Below, piece by piece: positions 1 through 9,600 of a stretch of 64,000 nt of DNA. The first letter of the stretch is position 1; each line of letters begins with the position of its first letter. Source of the DNA: an uncultured Oscillospiraceae bacterium (GTDB taxonomy: Bacteria > Bacillota > Clostridia > Oscillospirales > Ruminococcaceae); the NCBI GenBank assembly GCA_934513685.1, contig CAKSWY010000002.1:57946-121945 (forward strand), read 5' to 3'. The notes below the pieces were generated by a model, which did no database searches, was not told the origin of the DNA, and saw only the letters and a list, made by a program, of their open reading frames with translations. The translations under genes were made by a program, and so were the position numbers.

Positions 1-27
1 CCCAGGGCTTCGGCCGCCCCGATGTGA
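1..27 (+). CDS. 3' end of upstream gene (partial; possibly dnaX by synteny with ybaB-recR)
   Basis: In-frame reading ...PRASAAPM then TGA at 25-27; window edge. dnaX assignment is from synteny only. Confidence 0.25.
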   Translation, partial: PRASAAPM

Positions 28-323
28 ACGCACTGATGCGTCAGGCCCAGAAGATGCAGGAAGAAGTCAAGGCCAAGCAGGCCGAGCTGGAAGCCACGGA
101 GTACCAGGGCAGTTCCGGCAGCGGCATGGTGGAAGTGACCATGACCGGCAAGCATGAGATCACCGCGCTGCACATCAAGCCCGAGGCTGTGGACCCGGAC
201 GATGTGGAAATGCTGGAGGACCTGATCGCTGCCGCCATCAACGACGCCGTGCGCGCTGTGGACGAAGCCGCGGACGCCGAGATGGGCAAGCTGACCAACG
301 GCATGAACATTCCCGGCCTTTAA
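24..323 (+). CDS. ybaB: YbaB/EbfC family nucleoid-associated DNA-binding protein
   Basis: 99 aa; N-terminal MNALMRQAQKMQEEV motif typical of YbaB; GTG start overlapping the upstream stop; immediately upstream of recR. Confidence 0.85.
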   Translation: MNALMRQAQKMQEEVKAKQAELEATEYQGSSGSGMVEVTMTGKHEITALHIKPEAVDPDDVEMLEDLIAAAINDAVRAVDEAADAEMGKLTNGMNIPGL

Positions 324-338
324 TGGCGGTGACCGAAC

Positions 339-938
339 ATGAGCAACAACGCGGAACCCCTGGAACGGCTGATTGAACAGTTCAGCAAGTTTCCCGGCGT
401 GGGGCGAAAGGGTGCCACCCGCATGGCCTATCAGGTGCTGAGTATGCAGCCCGAACAGGCCATGGAGCTTTCCAAAGCCATTCAGGATGCGCACACCCGC
501 CTGCACCGCTGCCGTGTGTGCATGAATTACACCGAGCAGGATGTGTGCAAGATCTGTTCCTCCCCCAAGCGCGACCATTCCATGATCTGCGTCGTGGAAA
601 GCCCGCGGGACATCGTCTCGTTTGAGCGCACCCGGGAATACAACGGCCTGTACCACGTGCTGCACGGCCTCATCTCCCCCATGGACGGTGTAACGGCCGA
701 CCAGCTCTGCGTGAAGGAGCTTTTGGCCCGTTTGACCAACGGCACCGTAAAAGAGGTCATCATGGCCACCAATCCCACCGTGGAGGGTGAAGCCACCGCC
801 ATGTATCTGGCGAAGCTGATCAAGCCTTTGGGGGTGCGGGTCTCCCGCCTGGCCTACGGCCTGCCGGTCGGTTCCAGCCTGGAATACGCCGATGAAACCA
901 CCCTGTTCCGGGCGTTCACCGGCCGTGACGAACTGTAA
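339..938 (+). CDS. recR: Recombination protein RecR
   Basis: 199 aa; HhH (FPGVGRKGATRMAY), C4 zinc finger (CRVCMNY...CKIC) and Toprim region; ybaB-recR synteny. Confidence 0.9.
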   Translation: MSNNAEPLERLIEQFSKFPGVGRKGATRMAYQVLSMQPEQAMELSKAIQDAHTRLHRCRVCMNYTEQDVCKICSSPKRDHSMICVVESPRDIVSFERTREYNGLYHVLHGLISPMDGVTADQLCVKELLARLTNGTVKEVIMATNPTVEGEATAMYLAKLIKPLGVRVSRLAYGLPVGSSLEYADETTLFRAFTGRDEL

Positions 939-964
939 TCGCCGTTTTCTTTCAAGTAAACAAA

Positions 965-1003
965 CAGCCAGCCGATGAAATTTCTCATCGGCTGGCTGTT
1001 TTA
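965..1003 (+). terminator. Rho-independent terminator after recR
   Basis: Perfect 14-bp stem cagccagccgatga / catcggctggctg with a 7-nt loop, followed by TTTT. Confidence 0.7.
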
Positions 1004-1019
1004 TGTTGTATTCAAATGG

Positions 1020-1262
1020 TTACGCGTTCTGCTCGCAGCATTCCCGCACAAAATCGATCACGCACTGATTGCTGGTAATCACCGGCACCTTGAGAACCGC
1101 GGAAAGCTCCTGCCGGATCTCCGCCGAGCGCACGTTGGTGCAGGAGAAAAAGCACAGGTCGGTTTCTCTGGGCAGGTCCCAGGCAGTGTGCCGGGCAAAC
1201 GCCAGAATTTTCTCCGGGGTCAGCGCAGCAATGTCAAACAGATTCCGACATTGTCGTTTGCC
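1020..1262 (-). pseudogene. C-terminal remnant of an Asp/Glu/hydantoin racemase (maleate isomerase/arylmalonate decarboxylase family) gene
   Basis: Minus-strand translation ...LFDIAALTPEKILAFARHTAWDLPRETDLCFFSCTNVRSAEIRQELSAVLKVPVITSNQCVIDFVRECCEQNA* matches the conserved C-terminal SCTN...PV(I/V)(T/S)SNQ block of that family. Only ~80 codons, preceded by an in-frame stop and lacking an N-terminus. Confidence 0.45.
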
Positions 1263-1390
1263 GGCTTCATTTTACCACGCCGCCGGTGCACCTGCAAGAG
1301 TGCCGCTGCCGAACTCTGCACCGCTTTTTCTGCCGTTTTTTATAAGATACGCACATTTGAGCCCCGCGGCGGCGGAACCGGCCCTTAACA

Positions 1391-1419
1391 TTGACTTTTC
1401 TGCGCATTTATTGTATGAT
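1391..1419 (+). promoter_or_regulatory. Sigma-A type promoter for tRNA-Leu
   Basis: TTGACT (1391-1396), 17-nt spacer, TATGAT (1414-1419), ~36 nt upstream of the tRNA. Confidence 0.55.
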
Positions 1420-1455
1420 AACAACAGTTTCAGAACCTCGTTTGTTCTGATTTTG

Positions 1456-1542
1456 GCCGCTGTGGCGGAACTGGCAGACGCAAGGGACTTAAAATCCCTC
1501 GGTGGAAACATCGTACCGGTTCGATCCCGGTCAGCGGCACCA
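1456..1542 (+). tRNA. tRNA-Leu (anticodon TAA)
   Basis: 87-nt cloverleaf GCCGCTGTGGCGGAACTGGCAGACGC...CTTAAAATC... with a long variable arm, TTCGATCCC T-arm and encoded CCA. Anticodon loop CT-TAA-AA. Confidence 0.9.
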
Positions 1543-1632
1543 AAGGCACAAAGCGCCAGGGCGTGGCTTCACCCCTGGGCTTTTTCTTTTTGTACGGACG
1601 TTTTGCTTTCTTCCTTTGGGAGGGGATTGATC

Positions 1633-3591
1633 TTGAGCGCATTGTCAAACAAGCGCCGCGCTTCCTGGGTGCGGTTCGCTTTCGGGTGCCTTCTGGGGGC
1701 AACCGCCTTTCTTCTTTTATACGGAACCGCCCCGCTGGATGTAACCAACGACACCTGGCTGCGGGGCGGCTTTGTGGAAAAGGACTGCATCCAGCATTAC
1801 ACCGGCTGGCTGTTTTACCGAAAAAGCAAGCTGGGGCTGCCCCTGTGCATCGCCAACGGCATCAACTGGCCGCAGGGGTTAAGCGTTGCCTTTACCGATT
1901 CCATCCCCCTGTTCGCCGCGCTGTTCCGCCTGCTGTCGCCGCTTCTGCCCGGCACCTTCCAGTATTTCGGGCTGTTCTCCTTCCTCTGCTATGCGCTGCA
2001 GGGCGGGTTTGCCGCCTTGCTGCTGGGGTTGTTTGTACAGAAGCTCCCGCTGGTGCTTTGGGGTACGGTGCCCTTTGTGTTCAGCCCGATTCTGGTGGAG
2101 CGCACCTTTCGCCACCCCTCCCTCGCCGCGCATTTTCTCATTCTGGCGGCCCTGTACTATTACATTCGCGGCCGGCGGGAAGGGCGCTGTTTCTTCCCCG
2201 GGCTGCTCGCACTGAATTGCCTGACCATTGCCGTGCATCCTTATTTCGTCCCCATGACCTACGCCCTCACCGCTGCCCTCGCGCTGGAATGCGCGGCTGT
2301 CTCGCGTAAGCCGCTGCCCTGCCTGGGCAGTGTGGCGGGCAATCTGGTCGGCACCGTGGCGGTTGGCTGGCTGTTCGGCCTGTTTACCGGCTCGGCCAGC
2401 GGCGGCAGCGAAGTGGAATACGGTTACTTCGGCATGAATCTGAATGCCCTGTGGAACCCCACCAGCCGCTGGAACACCCTGTGGAGCCGGGTGCTGCCGG
2501 TGCAGAACCAGACCGGCGGCAACTACGATGCCTTCAACTATCTGGGGCTTGCCATGCTGCTTGTAGGCGCCGCGATGCTGATCTGGTTGGCCGTGCACTG
2601 GCGCCAGACGCTGGCGCTTCTGCGCCGCCACTGGGCGCTGGTGCTGGTTTGCCTGTGCCTGACAGTGTTCGCCGTCAGCAATGTGGTCACGGCCAATGGG
2701 GCCACCCTGTTTACCCTGCCGCTGCCCCACGCGCTGGTGCGCCTGGCCACCACCTTCCGCTCCAGCGGCCGGCTGTTCTGGCCGGGGTATTACCTGATTT
2801 TTCTCAGCTGCCTGGTCTTTTTGCTGCGGCGCCTTCCTTCGGTTCGCTGGGCTGCGCTGGGGCTGGCCGTGCTGGCGGCCGTTCAGCTGTGGGATATTTC
2901 TCCGGCGCTACTCACGCGCAGCCGGGAAATGCGCCAGTATCAGACGGAATACCAGACGCCGCTTACCAGCACCTTCTGGCAGCAGGCAGCCGGGCAGTAC
3001 CGACACATTCTATCGCTGGACGGCCTGCAGGAAGAGCCACTTTTCCTCGCGTTGTGGGCCGCCGACAACGGCCTGACCACCAACGACCCCTTTGCCGCCC
3101 GCTGGGATGAGGCCACCCTGGCCGCACAGCGCCAGCAGCAGATCGATTCCCTGCTGGCTGGGCAGCCGCAGAAGGGCTGCCTGTATCTGGTGCAGGACGA
3201 AGGCCTATTTTTACAGCTGGCTGAGGTCCTGCAGGATCAGGCGCTCTGCGCCAAACTGGATGACACCTGGTATGTCATTGCCCCCGGCATGAACTACAAC
3301 GGCAGCGATGTGCAGCGCTATGGCGACGCCTACCCCCTGCACATCTGCGATTACACCGACAGCCTGTGGGATCACGGGGTTCTGACCCGGGAAGCCCCCT
3401 ACCAGACCGTGCTGTTCTACGACTGCGCCTTTACACGCCGCCGCCTGGAAGGAATGCAGGCGCTGCGTGCCGACGGCGTAGATTATCCCATTTTGAACAT
3501 TGACGACAAGGATGCCGGCTGGCTGATGGTCACGCTGGACATCCCGGATGCCCACACGTTACAGGGCAAAGAATTGGAGAGTATCGCATGA
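1633..3591 (+). CDS. Large polytopic membrane protein with C-terminal soluble domain (function unknown; possibly glycosyltransferase-like)
   Basis: ~650 aa; many hydrophobic helices in the N-terminal 450 aa; hydrophilic C-terminal ~200 aa. The six-frame ORF is N-terminally over-extended across tRNA-Leu; a TTG at 1633 preceded by GGGAGGGG is the likely start. Confidence 0.5.
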   Translation: MSALSNKRRASWVRFAFGCLLGATAFLLLYGTAPLDVTNDTWLRGGFVEKDCIQHYTGWLFYRKSKLGLPLCIANGINWPQGLSVAFTDSIPLFAALFRLLSPLLPGTFQYFGLFSFLCYALQGGFAALLLGLFVQKLPLVLWGTVPFVFSPILVERTFRHPSLAAHFLILAALYYYIRGRREGRCFFPGLLALNCLTIAVHPYFVPMTYALTAALALECAAVSRKPLPCLGSVAGNLVGTVAVGWLFGLFTGSASGGSEVEYGYFGMNLNALWNPTSRWNTLWSRVLPVQNQTGGNYDAFNYLGLAMLLVGAAMLIWLAVHWRQTLALLRRHWALVLVCLCLTVFAVSNVVTANGATLFTLPLPHALVRLATTFRSSGRLFWPGYYLIFLSCLVFLLRRLPSVRWAALGLAVLAAVQLWDISPALLTRSREMRQYQTEYQTPLTSTFWQQAAGQYRHILSLDGLQEEPLFLALWAADNGLTTNDPFAARWDEATLAAQRQQQIDSLLAGQPQKGCLYLVQDEGLFLQLAEVLQDQALCAKLDDTWYVIAPGMNYNGSDVQRYGDAYPLHICDYTDSLWDHGVLTREAPYQTVLFYDCAFTRRRLEGMQALRADGVDYPILNIDDKDAGWLMVTLDIPDAHTLQGKELESIA

Positions 3592-4523
3592 GAGTGATTA
3601 AAGTACGCAGCCTGATTCCGGTTCGGCTGGACAAGTACCTGATGGACCAGTTTCCCACCCTGGGGCTGGGCCGCCTGAACAAGGCCCTGCGGGAAAACAA
3701 GATCAAGCTGAACGGAAAGAAGCAGCCCCTGGCTACCCGGGTGCAGAACGGCGATGAGATTCGGCTGTTCATTCTGGATGACGTGCTGGACGGGGCTGAC
3801 GGCAAAGGCACGGTGAGCGGTGCCCGCTGCCCGGCCCAGCCGGTGTATGAGGACGATCAGCTGCTGATCGTCAACAAGCCCGCCGGGCTGCCCAGCCAGG
3901 GCCCCAGCGACGAGGACAATCTGGAAAGCCGCGTTGCCCTGTACCACGCGCAGAACGGCGGCAAGGGGCCTGCCCCCCAGCTGTGCCATCGGCTGGATAC
4001 CGGCACCAGCGGCCTGGTGGTGCTGGCCAAAACGCCGGAGGCCGAAGCCCTGATGGGTCAGCTCATCCGGGACCACAAAATGCGCAAGAGCTATGTGTGC
4101 GTTACCTTTGGCCGCCCCCGCCCGGAGGCCGCCAGCCTGCAGGGCTATCTGGTCAAGGATGCCGCCAAGGGCATGGTCTACATCCAGCAGGACAATGTGC
4201 CCGGGGCACGGCAGGTGCGCACCGACTACAAAACCCTGGCCATCAGCGGGCGGCTGGCGCTGCTGCAGGTGGAGCTGATCACCGGGCGTACCCACCAGAT
4301 CCGCGCCCATCTGGCCAGCATCGGCTGCCCCATTCTGGGCGATAGCAAGTACGGCAACAATGCGGCCAACCGGGAGCTGAAGCTGAAGTATCAGGCCCTG
4401 TGCGCCTACGAACTGCGTTTCCCTGACCTGCACGGCACCCCGCTGGAAGCCGTGAGCGGCAAGGTGCTGCACTGCGAAAAGCCCTGGTATTACCGCCAGA
4501 TTCTGGACGGAACCCTGAAATAA
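3588..4523 (+). CDS. RluA-family 23S rRNA pseudouridine synthase (RluD/RluC-like) with N-terminal S4 domain
   Basis: 311 aa; HRLDTGTSGLVVLAKT catalytic Asp motif and HQIRAHLASIGCPILGDSKYG C-terminal motif; ATG overlaps the upstream stop (GCATGA), with GGAGAG RBS. Confidence 0.85.
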   Translation: MRVIKVRSLIPVRLDKYLMDQFPTLGLGRLNKALRENKIKLNGKKQPLATRVQNGDEIRLFILDDVLDGADGKGTVSGARCPAQPVYEDDQLLIVNKPAGLPSQGPSDEDNLESRVALYHAQNGGKGPAPQLCHRLDTGTSGLVVLAKTPEAEALMGQLIRDHKMRKSYVCVTFGRPRPEAASLQGYLVKDAAKGMVYIQQDNVPGARQVRTDYKTLAISGRLALLQVELITGRTHQIRAHLASIGCPILGDSKYGNNAANRELKLKYQALCAYELRFPDLHGTPLEAVSGKVLHCEKPWYYRQILDGTLK

Positions 4524-4671
4524 TCGTTTTTTGTCTTCCACTGCCCTTCGTTTTTGCAATGTGCAATGGAAGACATTTTTGTACTGCCGTCTATGTGCAG
4601 GTCTTTTTTACGCCGCACGCAGACGTCTCAAACCACCGCAGAGCTTTCGCAAGGAGGAAAGGAGCCGCACC

Positions 4672-5472
4672 ATGGAATTTCTCACCTTGAACACCGGCGC
4701 ACAGCTGCCTATGATCGGCTTCGGCACCTGGGACGTGCGCGGCGAAGAAGGCAAGCGCAGCATTCTGGGCGCGCTGGAGCTGGGCTACCGCCTGGTCGAT
4801 ACGGCCCTGATGTACAAAAACCACGCCATTGTCGGGGCTGCCCTGCAGGAAAGCGGCCTGCCCCGCAGCGAATTGTTCCTCACCACCAAACTGAACCGCC
4901 CCTGCAGCAGCTATCCGGCCGCAAAGGCGGGCATTGAACAGTGCCTGAACGAGCTGCAGACGGACTATCTGGATCTGCTTCTGATCCACGAACCATACGA
5001 AAATGCCCTTGCCATGTACCAGGCCATGACCGAGGCCGTCCGCTCCGGCAAGGTCCGTGCCATCGGCATTTCCAACTTCAGCCCGACGGAGTATGAGGAG
5101 TTTCTCACCCAGTGCGGCGTGGTGCCCGCGGTGAACCAGATCGAATCCCACGTGTACCATCCTCAGCTGCACTTCCGGCAGCTGCTGAACGAATACGGCA
5201 CGCAGATGCAGTCCTGGGCGCCCTTCACCGAGGGCCGCAAGCCCATCTTTTCCGAGCCGGTTCTGTGCGCCATCGGGGCCGCCCACGGCAAAAGCGCCGC
5301 ACAGGTGGCCCTGCGCTATCTGACGCAGAACGGCATTGCCGTCATTCCCAAATCCGTTCATCGGGAGCGGATGGCGCAAAATCTGGACCTCTTCGACTTT
5401 ACGCTCACGCCGGAGGAGCTGGCCCGCATTCGGCAGCTGGATCAGGGTACTTCCCTGTTCGGCTGGTATTGA
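4672..5472 (+). CDS. Aldo/keto reductase family oxidoreductase
   Basis: 266 aa from ATG 4672 (RBS AGGAGGAAAGGAG). GFGTW...DTA..Y.NH, IGISNF and LLIHEP motifs of the AKR superfamily. Confidence 0.85.
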   Translation: MEFLTLNTGAQLPMIGFGTWDVRGEEGKRSILGALELGYRLVDTALMYKNHAIVGAALQESGLPRSELFLTTKLNRPCSSYPAAKAGIEQCLNELQTDYLDLLLIHEPYENALAMYQAMTEAVRSGKVRAIGISNFSPTEYEEFLTQCGVVPAVNQIESHVYHPQLHFRQLLNEYGTQMQSWAPFTEGRKPIFSEPVLCAIGAAHGKSAAQVALRYLTQNGIAVIPKSVHRERMAQNLDLFDFTLTPEELARIRQLDQGTSLFGWY

Positions 5473-5538
5473 CCCATAGAATGGGCCTGCCCGTCCGATT
5501 TTGAGGGCTGATTTTGAGAAAAGGGGGTGTGAACCGCC

Positions 5539-6403
5539 GTGGAACTCCGCGTTCTGAATTATTTTCTGGCCATCGCCCGGGAAGAAAACTTCACCCGGGC
5601 CGCCCAGCAGCTGCACGTGACGCAGCCCACCCTCTCCCGCCAGATCGCCGATCTGGAGCAGGAGCTGGCGTGAAGCTGTTTCGCCGCAGCAATCACAACA
5701 TCGTTCTCACCGAGGATGGCATGATTCTCAAGCGCCGAGCAAGGCGCTTCTCGCCCTTGCGGATAAAACCAAACGGGACTTTCTGCACCGAGGCGAACAG
5801 CTGGAGGGCACCATCGCCATCGGCAGCGGAGAGTTTCTGGCCACCCGCTGCCTGACCGACTGCATTGCGGCCTTTCACCGGATGCACCCGCTGGTGCGCT
5901 ACGAACTGGTCAGCGGCAACGCGCTCAATCTGCTGGACCTTGCGCTGCTTGCCGAACCCATTGACATCCGCAAATACGACTTTGTGCCCACGCCGGTTTT
6001 GGAAGAATGAGGCGCGCTGGTGCAGGAGGACTCGGAACTGGCCCAAAAGGCCGGCCTTGCCCCGCAGGATCTGGTCGGCATTCCCCTGATCTCCTGCCTG
6101 AGCGACCCCGCCCAGGAGCGGCTGCAAGCCTGGTTCGGCCCTTACGCCGGGCAGCTTGACGTTCTTGCCCGTGGAAGCCTGATGTACAATGAAGCGCTTC
6201 TCGCGCAAAGCAACATTGGGGCGGTGATCGGTATTCGGCTGGCCTGCCAGTACACCGGCCTTCGGTTCGTCCCCTTTTCCCCGCCGCTGCAAAACTGCAC
6301 CGCGCTGATCTGGAAAAAGGAACAGGTGTTCTCCACCGCCACCTCGGCCTTTCTGGAGTTCGCCAAGGAATACCTTTTGGGCATTTCTCGCGATAATAGA
6401 TAA
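5539..6403 (+). pseudogene. LysR-family transcriptional regulator, disrupted by at least three frameshifts
   Basis: HTH ([44 protein letters not shown]) ends in TGA at ~5670. The reading continues in other frames ([24 protein letters not shown]..., then LADKTKRDFLHRGEQLEGTIAIGSGEFLATRC..., then 6020-6403 MQEDSELAQKAGLAPQDLVGIPLIS...) as LysR substrate-binding domain pieces. Confidence 0.75.
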
Positions 6404-6531
6404 GCATTGGGCATTGCTCGGCCCGAATTCTATAATAAAGGTGTTCAAAGCAGGGAGCCATTCCGCTTTGGGCACCTGATTTTTGTTTTGGGCACCGCGA
6501 ACGGTTCCGGTGCCTCGGAAAGGGCGTTGGT

Positions 6532-6888
6532 ATGACCATTCAGGAAGCAAGCGAGTGCTACCGCATTCCCCTGCACATTCTGCAGGAATATGAACGCTGG
6601 GGGCTTTGCCGCGCAGTAAAGGACGTGATGGGGACCTGGCAGTATGACCAGACCGACATTGAACGCCTGAGCCTGATTTTGACGCTGCACGACGTTGGGT
6701 TTAGCCCGGAAGAGGTGGAGCATTCTATGCGTCTGCTTCGGGTGGGGGATTCCACCAAAGAAGAGCGCGCCCGTATGCTGAATGAGCGCCGGGACGGCAC
6801 GCTGGATGAGATCCACCTGCGCCAGCAGCAGCTAGGCCGCCTGGACTATCTGCGCTACGAGCTTGCCCAGGGTCACCCGGGGCGCTGA
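6532..6888 (+). CDS. MerR-family transcriptional regulator (small, HTH only)
   Basis: 118 aa; N-terminal MerR-type HTH (TIQEASECYRIPLHILQEYERWGL...DQTDIERLSLILTLHDVGFSPEEVE). Confidence 0.55.
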   Translation: MTIQEASECYRIPLHILQEYERWGLCRAVKDVMGTWQYDQTDIERLSLILTLHDVGFSPEEVEHSMRLLRVGDSTKEERARMLNERRDGTLDEIHLRQQQLGRLDYLRYELAQGHPGR

Positions 6889-6948
6889 CTTTGCGAAACG
6901 TATCTCCGCCCGGTTCCGTTTTTCCCTGCAAAGAAAGTGAGGATGCTT

Positions 6949-7821
6949 ATGAAAAAGAAACTTGCACTTTCTTCTGGCCGCCTGTCTGGCCCTTGCGGTG
7001 GTCGGGTGCGGAAGCACTGCCGTCTCCAGCAGCGCCGCAACCCCTGCCTTCTCCGAAACGGCCGACTCTCAGACGCAGCCCACCCCCACCGCAGATCCGG
7101 AGGCCACCCCGGAAGCCACACCGGAGGCCGAAGCTTCCAGCCGGATTCTGGTGGCCTATTTCTCCTGCACCGGGCACACCCAGGCCGTTGCCGAGCAGAT
7201 CGCCCAGCAAACCGAAGCAGACCTGTATGAAATCACCCCGGCTGATCCTTACACCGTCGAGGATCTGAATTACAACGACAACAATTGCCGCGCCAATCAG
7301 GAAATGAACGACCTGGCGGCACGGTGCCATGGCTGGGCACAGTTTCAGGCCATGGAAAACCACTACAACCTGCTCTACCGGGAAGACGAGCGGGAGCTGA
7401 TTCCCATCTGCAAACAAATGGGTGTGTCACTCATGCCGTACAGCCCCCTGGCCGCCGGGCACCTCACCCGCCCGGAGTGGACCACCGACACCCTGCGCAG
7501 CCGGACCGACCGGGTCGCCATGGGCAAATACGACCGCACCAAAGAGCAGGATCTGGAGATCGTGCACCGGGTGCACACGCTGGCCGAGCGCTACGTCGTA
7601 AAGATGCAGCAAATCGCATTGGCCTGGCATTGGGCCAAGGGCGTTGCGCCCCCCATCATCGGGGCCACCAAGGCCGCCCATTTTGACGATGCTGCGGCCG
7701 CGCTCAATGTTCGGCGGAGGATGTGGCCTATCTGGAACAGCCGTATCTGCCCCACCCGATCGTGGGCGCCATCAACCAGAACCCGGCAGAGGGCGTTATT
7801 CTGCTGGACGAAAAGAAATGA
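6949..7821 (+). pseudogene. Chimeric pseudogene: frameshifted lipoprotein-flavodoxin N-terminus fused to the C-terminal half of an aldo/keto reductase (also frameshifted)
   Basis: MKKKLAL... at 6949 (RBS GTGAGGA) shifts frame into a lipobox LAAC LALAVVGCGS. A flavodoxin-like segment follows (ILVAYFSCTGHTQAVAEQIAQQ...DLNYNDNNCRANQEMND), then directly an AKR C-terminal region (YNLLYREDERELIPICKQMGVSLMPYSPLAAGHLTRP...IALAWHWAKGVAPPIIGATKAAHFDDAAAALNV). A final frameshift precedes the terminal ...ILLDEKK*. Confidence 0.65.
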
Positions 7822-7848
7822 GCCCCCTGCATTCCGCAATACAAAGCA

Positions 7849-7905
7849 AAAAAACACCGTGGTACATCGGCCGGTTGAACCGGCTTTTGTGCCACGGTGT
7901 TTTTC
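7849..7905. terminator. Bidirectional terminator hairpin (between pseudogene region and the cytidylate kinase-like gene)
   Basis: aaaaacaccgtgg ... ccacggtgttttt long stem containing an inner ccggttgaaccgg hairpin, with A-run and T-run flanks. Confidence 0.6.
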
Positions 7906-7914
7906 AGGTTCGGT

Positions 7915-8529
7915 TTACTTTTCCAGCGCTGCCAGATAGTCCAGCACGGCCTGGGTCACGACCTTGATGTTCTGCCCGGAGGTATTCACCATCAGGTCGT
8001 AATTTTCCCGCGCGCCCCACTTGCGGTCGCTGTAAAACTCATAGTACTTGGCGCGGCCCTTATCAATGCTGGCCATGCGCTTCTTCATCTCCTGCTCGGT
8101 CAGGTGTTCATCCTCGGCCTTACGCTTCATGCAGCGGTCCAGCTTGCTGGCCACATCCGCATACACGAAGATGCGGAACGGCTTTTCATCCCGCAGAATG
8201 TAATCGGCACAGCGGCCAACGATGATGCAGTCCGACTTTGCCGCCATCTCCTGAAGCAGTTTGTGCTGCTCGGCATACACATTCATGCTCTGCTGGAACA
8301 TGGGGTTCGTCACCGGATAAAAGCTGTGCCCGACATGAATGGGGAACGAAGTGATGGGCTTGCGCTCAATGATCTGCTGCACATACTCCTCCGAAAGGGC
8401 CGTGCGCTTGGCGATTTCGGTGATGATCTCCTGATCGTAATAGGCATAGCCCAGCTTTTCCGAAAGGCGGCGCCCTAGCTCACGCCCGCCGCTGCCAAAC
8501 TCTCGTCCAATGGTAATGATTTTGCTCAT
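7915..8529 (-). CDS. Cytidylate kinase-like family protein (P-loop)
   Basis: 204 aa; IITIGREFGSGGRELGRRLSEKLGYAYYD N-terminus typical of the cytidylate-kinase-like family; RBS GGAAAGGAG. Confidence 0.7.
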   Translation of the reverse strand: MSKIITIGREFGSGGRELGRRLSEKLGYAYYDQEIITEIAKRTALSEEYVQQIIERKPITSFPIHVGHSFYPVTNPMFQQSMNVYAEQHKLLQEMAAKSDCIIVGRCADYILRDEKPFRIFVYADVASKLDRCMKRKAEDEHLTEQEMKKRMASIDKGRAKYYEFYSDRKWGARENYDLMVNTSGQNIKVVTQAVLDYLAALEK

Positions 8530-8625
8530 ATCTGTCGCTCCTTTCCGACGTTTCCGGTGTGGTTCTTCCGGCAGGCCGTGTCTGCCTAAGGCTGACCGCC
8601 GCCTTTTTCAGGATGCAGCAATCGT

Positions 8626-9600
8626 TCATTCCAATCGCTGCTCAAATTTCTGATAGGCCGCAAAGCGCTCGCCGATCAAATCCATCAGATAGCGCTTGTA
8701 CGGTGCTAGGGCGCTTTCCTTGTGCCAGATCAGCGCCAGGGTGCTGTTCTGCAGCCGGCCTTCAAAATCAATGGGATAGATGTGCAGACGGTTTTCCTGC
8801 CGCTGCCGTTTGTTGTTGTTCAAGGTGGTTCCGCAGATCTGGTGCGGAATGATACACCCGGCCATATCCGTCCGGGCCAGCGCATCCAGAACCTCCGTTC
8901 GGTTCGAAGCAAACACAGTGTGGAATTCCCGCCCCGTCTGTGCCGTGTACTCATCCATTACGCTGCGCAGGCGGCTGCCGACCGGATACGTTACAATCGG
9001 GACCTGCGCCAGCTGCTCCAGCGTAATGCCGTTTTGCTTATAATGGAAATCTGCCTCCCGTGCCCGGCTGCCAAGGCAGGCCTGCAGCAATCGGTCCGAA
9101 AGGATAAACAGATAGGTATCCTGCAAAAGCACCGAGGCATTCAGCTGCGGCCGGGGGCTGTACTGGGTCACAATGGCCATATCCAGAATACCCCGCTCCA
9201 CCTGATTTTGCAAGAGATTGGAGTAATCATACGCAACCTCCAGCTCCACGTGGGGGTATTTCTTCTTAAACGGCGGCACAATGCGGGGAACGATCTCCGT
9301 ATAGCGGGCCGAGGGCACCCCAAGCGTCACGCGGCCTTTGGCATCCGGCCCGCTGCCGTCCAGTTCGGCGGCAATCCCGTTCTCCAACGCCCGGATCTTT
9401 TTCAGGGTCTCCAGCAGCGCCTGCCCCTCTGCCGTGAGGGCAAAGCGCGGGCGATGCTCCACCAGCTTTACACCGTATTCCTCTTCCAAGCTGCGCACAT
9501 GGGCGCTGACGCACTGGTAAGAAACAAACAACTGCTGTGCCGCCCCGGAAAGGCTTCCGGCCTCGGCAACAGCCAGAAAGGTGGTAAAGCGCTGGTTCAT
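8626..9600 (-). CDS. LysR-family transcriptional regulator (divergent from ilvD)
   Basis: ATG at 9600 preceded by GAGGGGGAGGG; HTH MNQRFTTFLAVAEAGSLSGAAQQLFVSYQCVSAHVRSLEEEYGVKLVEH, then a LysR substrate-binding domain. Confidence 0.85.
   Translation of the reverse strand: MNQRFTTFLAVAEAGSLSGAAQQLFVSYQCVSAHVRSLEEEYGVKLVEHRPRFALTAEGQALLETLKKIRALENGIAAELDGSGPDAKGRVTLGVPSARYTEIVPRIVPPFKKKYPHVELEVAYDYSNLLQNQVERGILDMAIVTQYSPRPQLNASVLLQDTYLFILSDRLLQACLGSRAREADFHYKQNGITLEQLAQVPIVTYPVGSRLRSVMDEYTAQTGREFHTVFASNRTEVLDALARTDMAGCIIPHQICGTTLNNNKRQRQENRLHIYPIDFEGRLQNSTLALIWHKESALAPYKRYLMDLIGERFAAYQKFEQRLE

Noticed and set aside
975-1388. 137-aa plus-strand ORF after recR
   Set aside because: Begins inside the recR terminator hairpin and runs antisense to the racemase-like remnant. 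No RBS; reads through the tRNA promoter.
1069-1632. N-terminal 188 codons of the 840-aa plus-strand ORF
   Set aside because: This part runs straight through the tRNA-Leu gene (1456-1542) and its promoter. The real membrane-protein gene most plausibly starts at TTG 1633 after the tRNA.
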